From positions 744,001 to 808,000 of the forward strand of contig CM097885.1 in NCBI GenBank assembly GCA_044892525.1: 64,000 bases of DNA. Reading direction: 5' to 3'. A model generated the notes under the pieces. That model saw nothing but the letters and a program-made list of their open reading frames with translations. It was not told the DNA's origin and made no database searches. This document shows positions 20,626 to 35,273 of this stretch, piece after piece; position 1 is the first letter of the stretch, and every line of letters begins with the position of its first letter. Source of the DNA: Schmidtea polychroa. Taxonomy: Eukaryota. The translations under genes and the position numbers were made by a program.

Positions 20626-21330
20626 CGCGTCTTTTTCAAATTCGATTGTTATTCCGAATTGAATTTTGACGGAGCCTAATTCGTTAATAATATCTCGTAA
20701 TTTTATTATTAGTTGTTCAGGAAATATTATTTCTTTTATATTTAAGTTGCTTGTATTTAAGCCTAATATTTGATGGGTACCTCTTAAATCTCTTTGTACT
20801 GTCGGTACATTTCCACCTATTTGTATTATATTTAATCCATCCCAAGAATCAAAAGAAGTGAATAATCCATCATTGGATTCAACAACCAATCCGACCTGGC
20901 ATTCAACAAAAGGCAATCCGACCTGGGATTCAACAAAAGGCAATCCGACCTGGGATTCAACAAAAGACAATCCGTCCTGGGATTCAACAACCAATCCATC
21001 ATTGGATTCAACAAAAGACAATCCGACCTGGAATTCAACAAAAGACAATCCAGCCTGGGATTCAAAATCTAATCCGACCTGGGATTCAAAAGAAGAAGTA
21101 TCTAATTTAATTTTTTAATTGTATTATTTTTTTCTATAGTTGAGGGTCTTTTAAAAACACTATCTTTTTTAAAATTAAACCTATCTAAATGATTTTTATG
21201 TTTATTATAAAAAACGCTATATGTTACAGGGTCACTAGTCTTACATACAGGACATATAAAATAAGTTTTATTATAATATTTTTTCGTGTAATAATTCTCC
21301 ATTATAGAATGGCAATTATTATCATGTTCT
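20626..21330 (-). pseudogene. Older Polinton pPolB gene, 5' part upstream of the nested insertion
   Basis: Reads ...KIQFGITIEFEKD, continuous with 4730 downward as shown by the uninterrupted copy at 60650-61158; N-terminal CPVC finger (21102..21302). Confidence 0.75.
20860..21090. repeat. 24/27-bp minisatellite (VESQVGLPF-type repeat in the old pPolB frame)
   Basis: About nine units of AATCCGACCTGGGATTCAACAAAAG(G/A)C and shorter variants. Confidence 0.9.
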
Positions 21331-22582
21331 TTCGATGAACAATAATTTGGATAAAGTATACCTATAAAATAAAAATTTAATAAAAATATATAATTTAAAT
21401 GAAAGATTTTAATAAATGTTTACGCAAAATTTTGCAAATTATTATTATTTTACAAATTTTATTTACTAAAAAATAAAAATTTACTAAATTAAAAATATTA
21501 ACATTTACTTAAATAAAAAATTATATAAAATTTCCTTTAAATTATAAAAAGTAATCAATACTTACATTGTAAATTTTCATTTCGATTTATTGACACATTG
21601 ACATATTTTTTCTCTTTATTCGTATTACCTAAATTATTAATTAATTAAATAAATAAATTAAAAATTATGTTTACTTTTTCTTTTCAAATTTCCTTTAATC
21701 TTTAATCGATTTTAAATTGTCTTCATTAATATTATCTAAATTAATTAATAAATTAATTAATAAATAAATTAAATTTTACCAAATTCCTGAATTTTTTCTC
21801 GAACATTCATAACGTTTTCTATTGAAGAATTCATTTTTAAAGGTTAATTATTTGTTAAATGTGACTAATGATTGATTATTGTTTATAGATTATTATTGTT
21901 TATAGGAACAAATTCTAACCAATCAAAATCAATGAAGGGTAGGAAAAAATTAATATATTACATTGCGGTATTTTAAAATTAAAATTTATTTTAAAAACAC
22001 ATTTTGACGCTAAAATCGAGTTATGTAACAAAGACATAATAAACTTATTATTTACTACAAATATTTCACCTATCAAATACTTAACTAGAGATGATATATA
22101 TTGATTGTTCATAAAAGCAAACTTAATCATAAATTTCTGTATATTATTTTGTAAATTATTTCTGTAAATTAAATTTTGTATATTATTTCTGTAAATTATC
22201 AAGTAAATTTAAAGTTCTTGATAAGGTTAACTGGTTTCTTAGCTTATGTTTTTTTAAAAAAGTTCATCAATGTGTAAATATTCTTAGAAATATATTGAAA
22301 AAAATTATTTAGTCAAATGCATTACAAAGTCATCTAAAATTAAACCAATTACTTAATTATTAACCTAGCAGTCATTAAAAAATTAATTTTTATTTAAAAT
22401 TTAACAAATTATCAAGAAATTCAATTAAAATCGTCATTAAAACTTTAAATTTTTAAATAAATCTACATGAAATTCTTAGAAAATATATGAAAAAAAAAAT
22501 TATTACAAAGTCATATCCAATCACGTGATTATTAACCTAACTGTCATTAAAAATAATTTTTATTTAAAATTAAAAAACCAAT

Positions 22583-25500
22583 CAGTGGCGTATCTAGGGT
22601 TCACGGCGCCCGGGGCAAAACTTAAAATTGCGCCCCTCTCCACGTGAATTTTTTCTTTTCCTTATTATTGGTATATTATTTTTGCACTAAAGTGATATTT
22701 CTTTTTTAAGAAAAAAAAATTATTATTTAAAAAAATCAAAAATTTTCACTCTTTAAAATTGATTTGCAGCAGTTTTAAAAAAAATTAATTTAATTTTGCA
22801 ACAAGTTAGTTTTAAACTTTATTTATTGTAATAATTTACAAACAAATTTTTCGTGCTTTAACACTTACGAACTTGTCAATGACATCATCAAAGTTAATTT
22901 TGTTCACAGTGTTTTTCTCAATACTTAATAATGCCAAATTATTTAAACGTTCTTCACTCATTGTTGCTCGAAGATATGACAAAATTAATTTTAATTTGCT
23001 AAAGGAACGCTCGCATGTTGAAACAGAAATACCAATTGTCAAAAGAATTTGCAATGAAATTCTTAAATTTTGGAAAACATCTTCACCATAAGATATTAAA
23101 AATTTTAAAAGATCTATAGGTGATTTTGGAATTTCATCTTTTCGAGCATTAAGAAGCATTTTACAGTCAGTAACTTCATTGCATAGTTCGTTTTCATCAA
23201 TATCTGAATTGTAAAATTTTCCCAAATTTAAACATTTTTCTTTTAATTTAGCAGGATCATGGCAATTTAGAAAATTTTCAGTGTCAATGAAATATCCAAA
23301 ATTTTCGTTCAATGAATTAAGGCGAGTAAATCGAGTTTTTAATTCTTGAATTAATCTATCAACTGAGCATTTCAACACACGATCTAACTCTTGTTCAGCA
23401 GTCAAACCAGAATCAGTCATTTTTTCACCTAATCTAATTTATATACGTCGCACTCTTTTCTTTATTTCAGCGCCCCATTCAAAACACTTTTTTTTACCGG
23501 CTTCAATTGATTGAATGCATAGATCTTCAAGAAATTGCTGCATATGTATGCTTAGTCTTTGTAATTCATCGGAGGCATCTTTAAAATTAATTTTTGGATC
23601 TTGCATTCGTTTTTGTACACGATCAATTTTCTCGAGAACGTGATGCCAAAAATTGTTCAAAACCAGAAAATTAAAATTCAATATATTTTGCAATAAATTG
23701 TATGATTCGCTTCTTGTGTCAGATGTTTGATTGAAATCATCAGAAAGATCTTCAATTAATTTCACAAGATTATCGATTCCAATAAAAATTGCTTTTACAG
23801 CTTCTGCTCGTGCACTCCATCGTGTTGTTGATTCACGTTTTACAGTCAAAGGAATGACATCGGTTAATTTTTGCCAACGATTGGTTGATCTTGAAAAAAA
23901 TAAATAAATTTGTTCAATTACACCAAAAAAAGTTAGCATTATGGGATTAGTTTGAACAGAATGTAATCCTGCAAGATTTAAACTATGATTATCGCAGTTA
24001 ATAAACACTGCGCGAGGGTTCAATTTGGTAATTCTTTGTTGCAATCCAGAAACATGACCAGCCATAACTGCCGCATTATCATAACATTGCGATCGACAGT
24101 CCGAGAGTTGTAATCCATCAGTTTGTAATAATTTGAGTATAGTATTTTTAAGAGCTTCGGCATCTTTTTCAGCTAGCTCAATAAATCCCAGAAATGATTC
24201 CTTAATTTCCACTGTTTTGTTATCAAAATCTATTTCAACGTGACGAATAACTTCTGAAAATTGTTCACGATGTTGTAAATCTGGAGTAGAATCAAATATC
24301 ATGCCAAAGTATTTGCTTTTTTTAATATTTTCAATCAAAACATTTCGAACTATTGAAGCTAAAAGGTGAATAAACTCATTTTGTATGCCTGGTGATAAAT
24401 AAGATGTTGTTCCTGGATGTAAACGAGAATGTTCCATGTGACTTGCCAAAAGTGGATCATATTGCGCAATCAATTGTAAGAGACCCAGAAAATTACCTGG
24501 ATTGCCTTATGTATTCAACAAATTTTCATTATAACCACGTAATGCTAAATTATGAAATGCTAAGAATTTTATGCATGAAAGAAATCTTTTTAAAATTTCT
24601 CTCCATCGATCTTTTTCCAACAATATTTGAGCTTGAACTTCCATATCGATTCCAGCACCTTGAGACAATCTTCGTTCAGTTTCTTTCCATGTTGTAAAAT
24701 TCTGACGGTGTATAATATTATTTTCATGATCATTTACTCTTTCTGAATGCTTAAAATCTCTAAAACCAGCCGGTGAAGAAAATGCAGTTTTACAAAAATC
24801 ATTATAAAATAACAAACAACAAAAGCAGAAAAGTGTTTCTTTATGAGGCGAATAAATTAACCAAGATCGATTAACATATATACCGTTTGCCAACTTCTTC
24901 TTAAACCATGATGATGTAATTGAACGTCCATTATGCACTGCAAAGCTTCCTTTATTATTTTGAAATAAACTCGGGCCACGTAAAATGACTTCAGTTCTTA
25001 GTTTTTGTGAAACTATTGGACTGAATGAATGAAAACTTTCTTGAAATTCCAAATAACCAAAATCATTGAACGAAAGCAGATTCGGAATATTTTCTGAAAT
25101 TGTTGAAAGACATGATCTATTGTTGGATTCAGTCATTTCATAATCAAAATCCGACTCTTCATTGTTTTGTGAGGCATCAAAATCAAAAAATTCATAATCT
25201 GACTGCGGCATATGTTTGTCTTCTTTAATATCCTCTATCTGGTCATTTTCTTCAACTTTTTCTTTTTTTAAATAATTTTGCAACATTTGACTTGACATTT
25301 TAGCTTCATTTCGGAATATTCTGGCCTTTTTACGATTTTGTGCGCCACTTAATTTCGGTTTCGGCATCTTTGATATTCTAAAGTTTGAAAGTTTTTTCAA
25401 ATAATTTTGAGCTTAACAAATAATTCTATAAATCTTACGATTGAGTTCTGGATATAACTCAAATTTCATGTATTTTGGAAAGGCTTTGAAATATATAAAC

Positions 25501-25698
25501 AAAGTTCACCATAAAATTTAAATTTAATTTAAATAGTACTAAAATTATATTACAAAAGGAATTAGTTATCGTCTGCTTTCAAATTTCAAAATCGAAAATC
25601 TTTAAATAAAGTTTAGGTTTCAAAAATCAATTTGGCGCCCCTAAAATCGTGGCGCCCGGGGCAAATGCCCCGCTTGCCCGGCCCAAGATACGCTACTG
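22583..25698 (-). mobile_element. Full-length hAT DNA transposon (TTF-type zinc finger / DUF4371 transposase class)
   Basis: 13-bp TIRs CAGTGGCGTATCT / AGATACGCTACTG; subterminal GGCGCCCGGGGCAAA at both ends; degenerate 8-bp TSD AAACCAAT/CATCCAAT. Confidence 0.9.
22836..25367 (-). pseudogene. hAT transposase interrupted by two in-frame TAA codons
   Basis: Three ORFs in the same frame; RSWLIYS...FCFCCLLF, LALRG, FDSTPD, QCYDNAAVMAG, CDNHSLNL, TRWSAR, CERSFSKL; stops at 24507-24509 and 23439-23441. Confidence 0.9.
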
Positions 25699-26029
25699 CA
25701 TCCAATTATCAAGAAATTAATTAAATTTATCTTAGAACTAACTTAAAATTTTTAAATATTCATTCTATCCACATGAAATTCATGAAAATGATAAAAATTC
25801 ACAAAAACCATCAACTCTAAAAAAGTAATTACTAAGGAATACCTTAAACACAAATATTTATCTAAATAATCTTTCAAATTAATTCATTAAAATTGAAGAC
25901 AACACGCTCTATTTCGTCATTACATTCAATTAAAATTAAATAAATCAAGATAAGAACTTTGATAAAAAATATTATTCCAAAATGGTAAGAATTAACACTG
26001 TAGTGTTAAATGAAAAGGTAATTATTCTT

Positions 26030-26890
26030 TAAATCTAATTATAATTATAATCAAAATTTTCTTTAATTTAACCCTTTATTTACTTAATTTAGTCCTTGTT
26101 TACCGAATATAGAAGTTTAAAATATAGACCATTGATTACTTTAATTTATAAATGTATCCCTCAATTTAAATAATTTCCATCTAAAATTATTTCAAAAAAA
26201 TTTTTTTTCTAAAATTGTCATTGAAAAATATTTCATAAAAATTTTCATTAAAAATTATCTTAAAAATTATTCCATAAAATTTCCATCTAAAATTACTTAA
26301 AAAATATTTTCATACAAATTTTCATTAAAAAATTTCAATTCTCAAACACCTTCTATTATTTTGTTAATAAATTTAAAATCTTACTTTAATTTGCTTATTA
26401 CATTACTTATTTAAAAATTATTACTTTAATTTACTTATTTAAAATATTTGACCATTGATTACTTAATTTTAAAATTTGACCCTTAATTAACTTTAATTCA
26501 AAATTTGGACCTTAATTTACTTTAATTGAAAATTTTAGACCTTAATTTACGTAATTGAAATTTTAGACCTTAATTTACTTAAGTTTAAAAATATATACCA
26601 TAATTTACTTTACTTTTAAATTTTAGACCATAATTTACTTAATTGAAAATTTTAGACCTAATTTAATTTAATTGAAAATTTTAGACCATAATTTACTTAA
26701 TTGAAAATTTTAGACCTTAATTTACTTATTTGAAATTTTAGACCTTAATTTACTTAATTGAAAATTTTAAACCTTAATTTACTTAAGTTTAAAAATATAT
26801 ACCATAATTTACTGTAATTGAAAAATTTGGACCATAATTTACTGTAATTTAATTTTTTAGAACCATAATTTACTGTAATTGAAAAATTCG
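26030..26890 (+). repeat. AT-rich modular satellite (~28-bp units, AATTGAAAATTTTAGACCTTAATTTACTT-like)
   Basis: Tandem units visible; direct copy at 35866-36500 and inverted copies at 28880-29700 and 36735-37388. Confidence 0.8.
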
Positions 26891-27595
26891 AGCGACTAAT
26901 TTATTGGGTTACTTTGCAGTCATTTAAAGCAAAACTTAATTTATTCATCTAATGTTCGTTACAATAGTTAATAATATGAGAAAAATATGGTCATTATTCA
27001 TTGATAATTTTAAATTCTTTATCATTTGGAGTAAATTTGTTTGAGGCAAAAATAATTAAAGGAGTCATAATAGAAATATGGTTATCATTTAACCAATTAA
27101 GGGGCTTATTAGTTAGAAATATATATATTATAAAGTAACAATTATTTTCTAATTTAATTAGATGATCATTAGACGTAATATATCTTTGCGAGAAATTTAA
27201 AATGTTTGAGTAACCAAAACATGGATATTTTGTGCGATAAATTTATGAATATTGGTTAATTTTGTTATTTTTAGTCATTTAAAATAATATTTAGCAAAGG
27301 TAATTTAGCAAAATATCGTTGTAAGATTTATCCACCCGATAACAATATTCCTTCAATAGATTAACTGATATTAAACCTATTTAATTTCTGGAAATATAAT
27401 TAAAATCATAAGTTTCCTTCAATAAAGTTAAATCAAAAACGCAAGAGACGCTCAAGCAAATCAAGAATTAAAAAATAAACACATTGCAGAAACAGAATTT
27501 ATATAAAGTCAAACCCTGACTCCTCCAACAGATTCAAGTCTAAATAAAATTCAATCAAAAGCAATAACACTAGTAAGTAGGACTCCAACCCACTT

Positions 27596-27821
27596 TCAAG
27601 GTCATGAAATATGTCCAGATCAAATATAGGTCAATTGAATCATTTATTTTTAAATTAACATTTTATTTATTTACTTCTTTTTAATTTTTTCTTTTTAATT
27701 ATATTAATTAATTATTTTATTTTGTTTTATTTTAATTACTTACTTTAGTTAATTTTTAATTTATTATATTAATTAATTTCTTAGTTTATTAATATTTTAT
27801 TTTAATTACTTACGCTATTAA

Positions 27822-27881
<60 letters not shown>

Positions 27882-28402
27882 TATTTTATTTATTTCTTTA
27901 TTTTTTCTTCAATTTTACATTTACATTATATTCTAAAAAGAGAGTTAATTATAACAATAATATTTTAATTTGTATAAAATTTTAATTAGTAATTATTCAA
28001 TTTGAATAAAATATTTATTAGAAATTATTTAATTTATTATAAAATAAAACGCTGTGTTAATTTTAAATAAACTGGATATTAATTTTTTGGAAAAAATAAA
28101 TAAATAAAATAGTCTAAAAGGTTAAATTATGGTCTAAAATTTAAAATTTAAAAATTGAAAATTGAAAATTAAAAACTAAACTAATCAAACTAAATCAAAC
28201 GCTATAACCTTAATTCAAGAATTCACTAAAGTAGATCAGAAGATATTAATTATCAAAATGTAACAAAGACTCTGAAATTCATCAATTTCATCTAATGACC
28301 TGGTGATATTCAATACCATTCTCAAGAATGCTAAAGTCGGGAATTCTTTGAATTTAACAATTTCATCTAACTATCCGGCGATATTCGATTCGATTCTATA
28401 AA
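27596..28402. repeat. Dispersed AT-rich repeat with an (ATT)n tract; direct copy at 33964-34762, partial inverted copies at ~35480-35855 and ~62170-62790
   Basis: Shared TTCAAGGTCATGAAATATGTCCAGATCAAATATAGGTC start and matching body. Confidence 0.85.
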
Positions 28403-28879
28403 AGTAGGTAGTTAGTAGCCTACGGCAGCAATAGGGGGGGGGTGGGGTAAAAATGGTGCAAACTTTTGATTGCATAATTTTTGCCGTAGACATTTTTTGA
28501 TTACATAATTGTTGCCGCATGCTCCAATGATTTTTTTCTGGGATTTTAAATACAAAATTTTTTTTAATAAACAAGCCAAGGATAAGTATTATTTGGGTGG
28601 GTTTCCTTGGTCCTGGGATTTTCAATACAAAATCTGATTATCACTAAAAAAGCCATGGTTATTTAAGGTCTCAGGATATTTTCAATAGACAAAGGTAGTC
28701 TCCAATAAAAAAGCATGGATTTTTCACACTATAGTGAGGGGGGGTCTCCATAGTCCTAGGATTTTCAATACAAAAAGACGGTTTACACTAAAAAAGTATG
28801 GTAATTCAAGGTCTTAGGTTATTTTCAATACAAAAAGGTGGTCTACACTAAAAAACATGGTAAATTTTTTAATATAAAG

Positions 28880-30170
28880 CAAATTATGGGTCTAAAAATA
28901 GGATTACAGTAAATTATGGACTAAGATTTTTAAATTAAAGTAAATTATGGTCCAAATTTTTGAATTACATTAAATAATGGGTCTAAAAATTGAATTACAG
29001 TAATCAATGGTCAATAATTTTAATTTAAAGTTAAATAAGTAAATTAAAGGTTAAATTATGAAATTAAAGTAAATCAAGGTCCAAAATTTTAAACTAAAGT
29101 AAATGATGGGTCTAATAATTGAAATAAAGTAATCAATGGGCTGAAATAAGTAAATGAAGGTTCAAATTAGTAAATTAAGATCCAAAAAAAAAAAAAAAAT
29201 TAAAGTAATCAATGGGTTCAAATGAGTTAATTAAGGTTCTAAAAAAAAATTAAATTAAAGTAATCAATGGGTTCAAATAAGTTAATTAAGGTTCTAAAAA
29301 AAAATTAAATTAAATTAATCAACGGGTTCAAATAAGTTAATTAAGGTCTAAAATTTAAAATTAAAGCAATCAATGAGCTCAAATAACTAAATTAAGGTTC
29401 TAAAAAATAAAATTAAAGTTAATTAAGTAAATTTAAGTAATGTAATAAGTAAAAAAAGTTAAAGTTAGATTTTAAAATTTATTTAAGTTGGAATAATAGT
29501 TGGTGATTGAGAATTGAAAATTTTAAATGAAAATTTTTAACGTATATTTTTTTAAGATAATTTTTAATAGACATTTTTTATGAAATATTTTTCAATGTTA
29601 ATTTCAGATGAAAATTTATATGAAATATTTTTCAATGTTAATTTTAGATGGAAAGTTTTATGTATTATTTTTCAATAGTAATTAAAGATGCAAATCATTG
29701 TCAATTAATCATTCACTACATGAAATTATTGGTTAAATATGAAAATAAGGGCTATATTTGGTTGTAAATTATGGTAAAAAAATTTAAATAAAGTAATACA
29801 AGGATAAATAGGTAAATTAATGTTTTATTTTTAAATTATAGGTTCAAAACTTTAAATTAAAATTTATAAACAAAAGTTGGAATAACCAACCGCTTCTGAG
29901 AAATAAAAATTTAAAATAAAATTTTTAAGAAATAATTTTTTAAAGTCAAATTTTAATAGAAACTTTTATGGAATAATTTTTTTAAATTAATTTTTATTGA
30001 AAATATTTATGAAATATATTTTAAGTTAAATTTGAATAGAAATTTTTATGGAATAATTTTTGAAGCTAATTTTAAATAGAAATTTTAATGAATTAATAAT
30101 TGTCAAAGACAAATTTAAATGGAAATTTTAATGAAATAATTTTCAAAGGCAAATTTAGATGCAAATTTCA
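28880..30170 (-). repeat. Inverted, diverged copy of the AT-rich modular satellite
   Basis: AGTAAATTA(T/A)GGTC units, the reverse complement of those at 26030-26890. Confidence 0.7.
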
Positions 30171-30318
30171 ATGATAATAAAAATTAATAATAAAAATAAT
30201 AATAAAAAATAATAAAAATATTAATAATAATTATAATAATAAAAAATAATGAAAATCATAATAAAAAATAAAAATAAAAATAATAATAATATTGATAAAA
30301 ATAATAATAATTATAATC

Positions 30319-30381
<63 letters not shown>

Positions 30382-30392
30382 TTCATAATAAT

Positions 30393-30435
<43 letters not shown>
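30170..30435. repeat. (AAT)n microsatellite
   Basis: Direct; generates spurious poly-I/N/Y ORFs. Confidence 0.95.
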
Positions 30436-30438
<3 letters not shown>

Positions 30439-30880
30439 CAATCGGATACCAACAACTATCAGGTACAACTAGATACCAAGTACATACAACCAACTACTAA
30501 GTACCTACAACTATGTACTAACAACCAACCAAGTATTCTTTATTGTATTTTATCAAATGACCTTTAAATTAATTTTTTTATCTGTCTTCAAAAATATGTT
30601 TAATTACAATCAGTAGAAAAAATCTTTTCAAAATGTCTAAATTTAACAAAAATGTTGATTTTCATCAAAAATGAATAATTGTCAACTCATCACTACTTGG
30701 AATTCAAAATAATTTAAATTACAATGAAATACTAATGAATTCTAATTTACAAAACATTCTTCTTTTAATTGATAACTACTGACTTATTATTGTAAAGTAA
30801 AAATCACATTCAATAACTACTTATTGTTGATCAGTTTTATTATATATACTGAGTTTATCCGACAGGATGTTTTGACCCCC

Positions 30881-30955
30881 TAAGGGTACAGGTCGTAATG
30901 GTACTGGTCGTAAGGGTATTAGTCGTAAAGGTACTAGTCGTAGGGGTATTGGTAA
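30881..30955. repeat. 15-bp tandem repeat (TAAGGGTACTGGTCG-like) x5 within an A/C-skewed degenerate repeat region (30440-31640)
   Basis: Directly visible. Confidence 0.8.
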
Positions 30956-32809
30956 CACTCAACCACCACCTACCAAGTACTCACAACCAACATCAACCAG
31001 CTAACAACTAAATACCAAGTACATACAACCAACATCAACCTGGTACTAAGTATTATCAACCTACAACTATATAACAATCAGTAAACAATACTGTACCAAC
31101 TACCAAATACAAGATACCAACAACTTAGTACCAACAACCAGTAGCTTCCGAACATGTACTAACAACCAAGTAAAAACAATCAAGTAATAACAAATATATC
31201 TTTAAAAGAAAATCCTCTTCACTTGCAATATTGGTAACACTCAACTGCCACCTACTCATTAATTAGCTACCACTAGGTTTCAAACAACAAAATACTAAAC
31301 ACTTACAACCATGTACTAACAACCACCATCAAAACCTATCGAGAAATTAACAAATATATACAACTATATGACAACAATCAGTAAACAACACTGTACCAAC
31401 TACTAAATACAAGATACCAAGTACCAACAATCAACTAACAACACATAAAAATAATAGCAATTAAATACAAAATATTCTTCATCACATGCAATATATTCTT
31501 GTCATCATCTACAACTAAACTCTATCAATCAGATACCAAATATTAACAACCAGATACTTACAACCAACAACTATGTAATAAAAAATTGATCTTTAAAAGA
31601 AAATACTCTTCACTTGAAAAATTGGATGAAAAATTAATAAAAAAAAATGCAATTCATTAATTAACTGATTACCAGTACTTGTATGATTTTCCAATAACTA
31701 GATAAAAATTAAATAAATCATTGTAAAAATTTAAATTATTCAAAACATAATAAATAACAAAATGTAATGGACGAAAGAACTTTAAATTCTAGTCATTAAT
31801 CATCCAGTAAATAAAAAAAAATACTGATCATTTAAGTTAATCAACTAAGATAATAAAGATAATAAGATCTACTAGATAATTTATTTTGATTGAATAAATT
31901 AACTGAAATAAATTAATTCAGTATGAATTTATTACCATTATCAAAGTCAACAATCTACAATAAAAAAAATTATCATTAAATTCTAAAAGAGACTAGATAA
32001 CTAATGATGACATCTAATAAACCAGTAAATTCATTTAAATGTCAATAATTGGTATATCCAAGTAAATTTTCTACTAAAATCATCTAGAAAGCATCAAATT
32101 TCCATGAAATATCAATGTCTTTAAAGATAAGTATTTTATCGATAAATACCCTTAAAAGGCTATATATTTCCCTCAGACTAATAAGATTGCTTAAAATCCC
32201 GTTTAAATGACTATAATTATATCTTTAATTCCTATTATCACGAATATTTCCCTATAAAACATGTAAAATCATTAACTCTAAAATAATTTATAAAGTCTAA
32301 TGACAAAAAATAGTTATGATTAAATTTTTGTTCTAAAAATAAATCACTGTAATCGAAATTTAAAATAAATATTGCTTGAAACTTGACTGTACAATATAAC
32401 TGAGTAGTTGCATAGAAAGATTAAATTTATCCATATTTCTTCAAATGATCATTTTTACCGATATTCAACCGATTTAATTACTAATTAAAATCACCCGATA
32501 GATTTCTCCCAATAAAGATCAATTTTCTTTAGTCGACGTTTTAAATCAATATTTCCAACTTTTGTCGTTATCCTTCTAAATAAAGATAAAAATAATTTAA
32601 AGTTGATATCAATCCCAATTATCTGTAAAGATTTCATTGTCAAAACCAAGTAAATCGATCATTATCCCTACTTAATAAAACAATGTTCTAAATTAATTTA
32701 CTGTGCATTAATCACAACCTAATAAAACGATATAATTTCACATTATTATTGATTCATAACTGACTAATTACCATTTCCCTTAAAACATTGATATTTTACC
32801 AACATCTCC

Positions 32810-33080
32810 CATACAATGATATATTCCCATCTTAACCCATCCTTCATTAAATTCAATCGACTATATCTCCTTTACAATGATATATTCCCATTTTAACCCA
32901 TCCCTCATTAAATTTAACCGACTACATCCCCTCAAAAGATCATATTTTCCCATCTTAACCGATCTCTCATTAAATCCCACCAACTATATCCCCCTTAAAA
33001 GATCATATATTCCCACCTTATCCGATCTCTCATTAAATCTCACCGACAATATCCCAGCTTAACCGATCTCTCACCAAATA
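32810..33080. repeat. ~60-bp tandem repeat x~4
   Basis: ATATTCCCATCTTAACC...TCATTAAAT...GACTATATC units. Confidence 0.75.
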
Positions 33081-34189
33081 TTTCTACCCCTTTAAACATC
33101 TATCCGACTATATCCATTAATTCTACCCACTTGAATCCTCATTTAATTCAATCAATCCTCTTAAAATTCTTAGAGAATTTTTCAAAAATATGAATTTTTA
33201 TTAACTGTTATCGACATCCAAAATACATCTATGAAATAATTTAGTATCTAAATTAAAACTTTAATTAGCATGCATCCAATCAAAATGAAAATATTTAATT
33301 ATCTAAATTTAAAAAATGTCTAATATAAATAGAAAATAGTATATCTGTTATTGGTATGACATGTTAACCTCCTGTTCATTACCTTCAATATAATATGTAA
33401 TATTTGAAATATCCTATTACTTATTCTTTTAAGGTATTTATATTTCATTATCTATATTATTGATTTTTGGTAGGAACAAGTTAATTTAAAAGTCTATCAA
33501 TTCAGTATTCAAATTAATATTATTGGGGATGAAAATAGAAAATATCTTGGAGAAATTCTTCGATTAATTAATAAAGACAAGTATTTTTACCAAAAACTTT
33601 CATTTATCAACTGCGAAAAAGATTGTAAAATTAAGATAGTTGAAGGTAAAAAATCTAAAATTCAGATACTTATTCAAGGACTCAAGATAAATGGAGTTAT
33701 AATTAAACCAATTTGGAAAATTAAAAATGTCTATGAATAAATTTATGAATAAAATTTGAGTTTTTTATTGTTATTTAAAATATATTTTAAAGAAATCTAT
33801 AATTTGGTTTATAAAATTATTAGTTGTCTGTAAAGTTAATATTTGACTATAAAATTAAGATTTTTAATTTGTCTATCAAAGTTTAATGTGGACAATATAT
33901 AATTAAAATACTCTAAAATTATTATTATTATTATTATTATTACTCTAAAAAAATTATTATTATTCAAGGTCATGAAATATGTCCAGATCAAATATAGGTC
34001 AATTGAATCATTTATTTTTAAATTAACATTTTATTTATTTACTTCTTTTTAATTTTTTCTTTTTAATTATATTAATTAATTATTTTATTTTGTTTTATTT
34101 TAATTACTTACTTTAGTTAATTTTTAATTTATTATATTAATTAATTTCTTAGTTTATTAATATTTTATTTTAATTACTTACGCTATTTA

Positions 34190-34234
<45 letters not shown>

Positions 34235-34850
34235 TATTTTATTTATTTCTTTATTTTTTCTTAAATTTTACATTTACATTATATTCTAACAAGAGAGTTA
34301 ATTATAACAATAATATTTCAATTTGTATAAAATTTTAATTAGTAATTATTCAATTTGAATAAAATATTTATTAGAAATTATTTAATTTATTATAAAATAA
34401 AACGCTATGTTAATTTTAAATAAACTGGATATTAACTTTTTGGAAAAAATAAATAAATAAAATAGTCTAAAAGGTTAAATTATGGTCTAAAATTTCAAAT
34501 TTAAAAATTGAAAATTGAAAATTGAAAATTAAAAACTAAACTAATCAAACTAAATCAAACGCTATAACCTTAATTCAAGAATTCACTAAAGTAGATCAGA
34601 AGATATTAATTATCAAAATGTAACAAAGACTCTGAAATTCATCAATTTCATCTAATGACCTGGTGATATTCAATACCATTCTCAAGAATGCTAAAGTCGG
34701 GAATTCTTTGAATTTAACAATTTCATCTAACTATCTGGGGATATTCGATCCGATTCTATAAAGTATTTATCTTTGTAGTTGAATAAAAGTTTATTGTTGA
34801 TTATAGTTTATCATTAATTATTTTTTTGTTAGGGGTGTTAAATAAAATAC

Positions 34851-35273
34851 TTGACTGATTCATTTTTCTCAGATAAAATTTGTTCTGTAATCGGGAAATT
34901 CATGGATGAGAATAAAGGAAATCAATATAAAGAATGGGTGTTTCTTCGACCCAAGTGCTACTCACTCCAAGGCGATAAAAACACTCTAAAAGCCAAAGGA
35001 ATAAGACTTACAAACTCTAATCTTACACATGAAGCCTATAAAAAAGTGTATACTGATGGTGGAACAGTGAGCAACCCACAAAAAAGAATAGGAAGTGTCA
35101 ATCATCAGTTGTATACTTTCATGACAGAAAAACGAGCTCTCCAATGTTTGGACGATAAAAGGTATTGGTACAATTGTAATGAAAGCTATGCCTACGGTCA
35201 CTATAAGATTCGTCAAATGCATATTGCAACTGCTATGTCTAGAAATGAATGCAAATCGAAACAAGGACTTTAA
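34851..35273 (+). pseudogene. Polinton pPolB C-terminal fragment (older family)
   Basis: IGKFMDE, FLRPKCYS, KAKGI, LDDKRYW, YAYGHY; duplicate of 61577-62000. Confidence 0.85.

Noticed and set aside
20860..21090. CRISPR-like array
   Set aside because: Units are contiguous without unique spacers; eukaryotic context; no cas genes.
21915..22202. 95-aa ORF (and copy at 4..195) as a host gene
   Set aside because: Low-complexity AT-rich sequence with short tandem repeats, TTG start, no recognisable domain.
12137..24509. Several in-frame TAA codons (penton, two in hAT, old pPolB) suggesting a reassigned genetic code
   Set aside because: Long AT-rich ORFs lack internal TAA and many end at TAA at natural C-termini; ordinary nonsense mutations explain it.
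30231..30567. Poly-I/N/Y ORFs (also 56702-56896)
   Set aside because: Translations of (AAT)n microsatellites.
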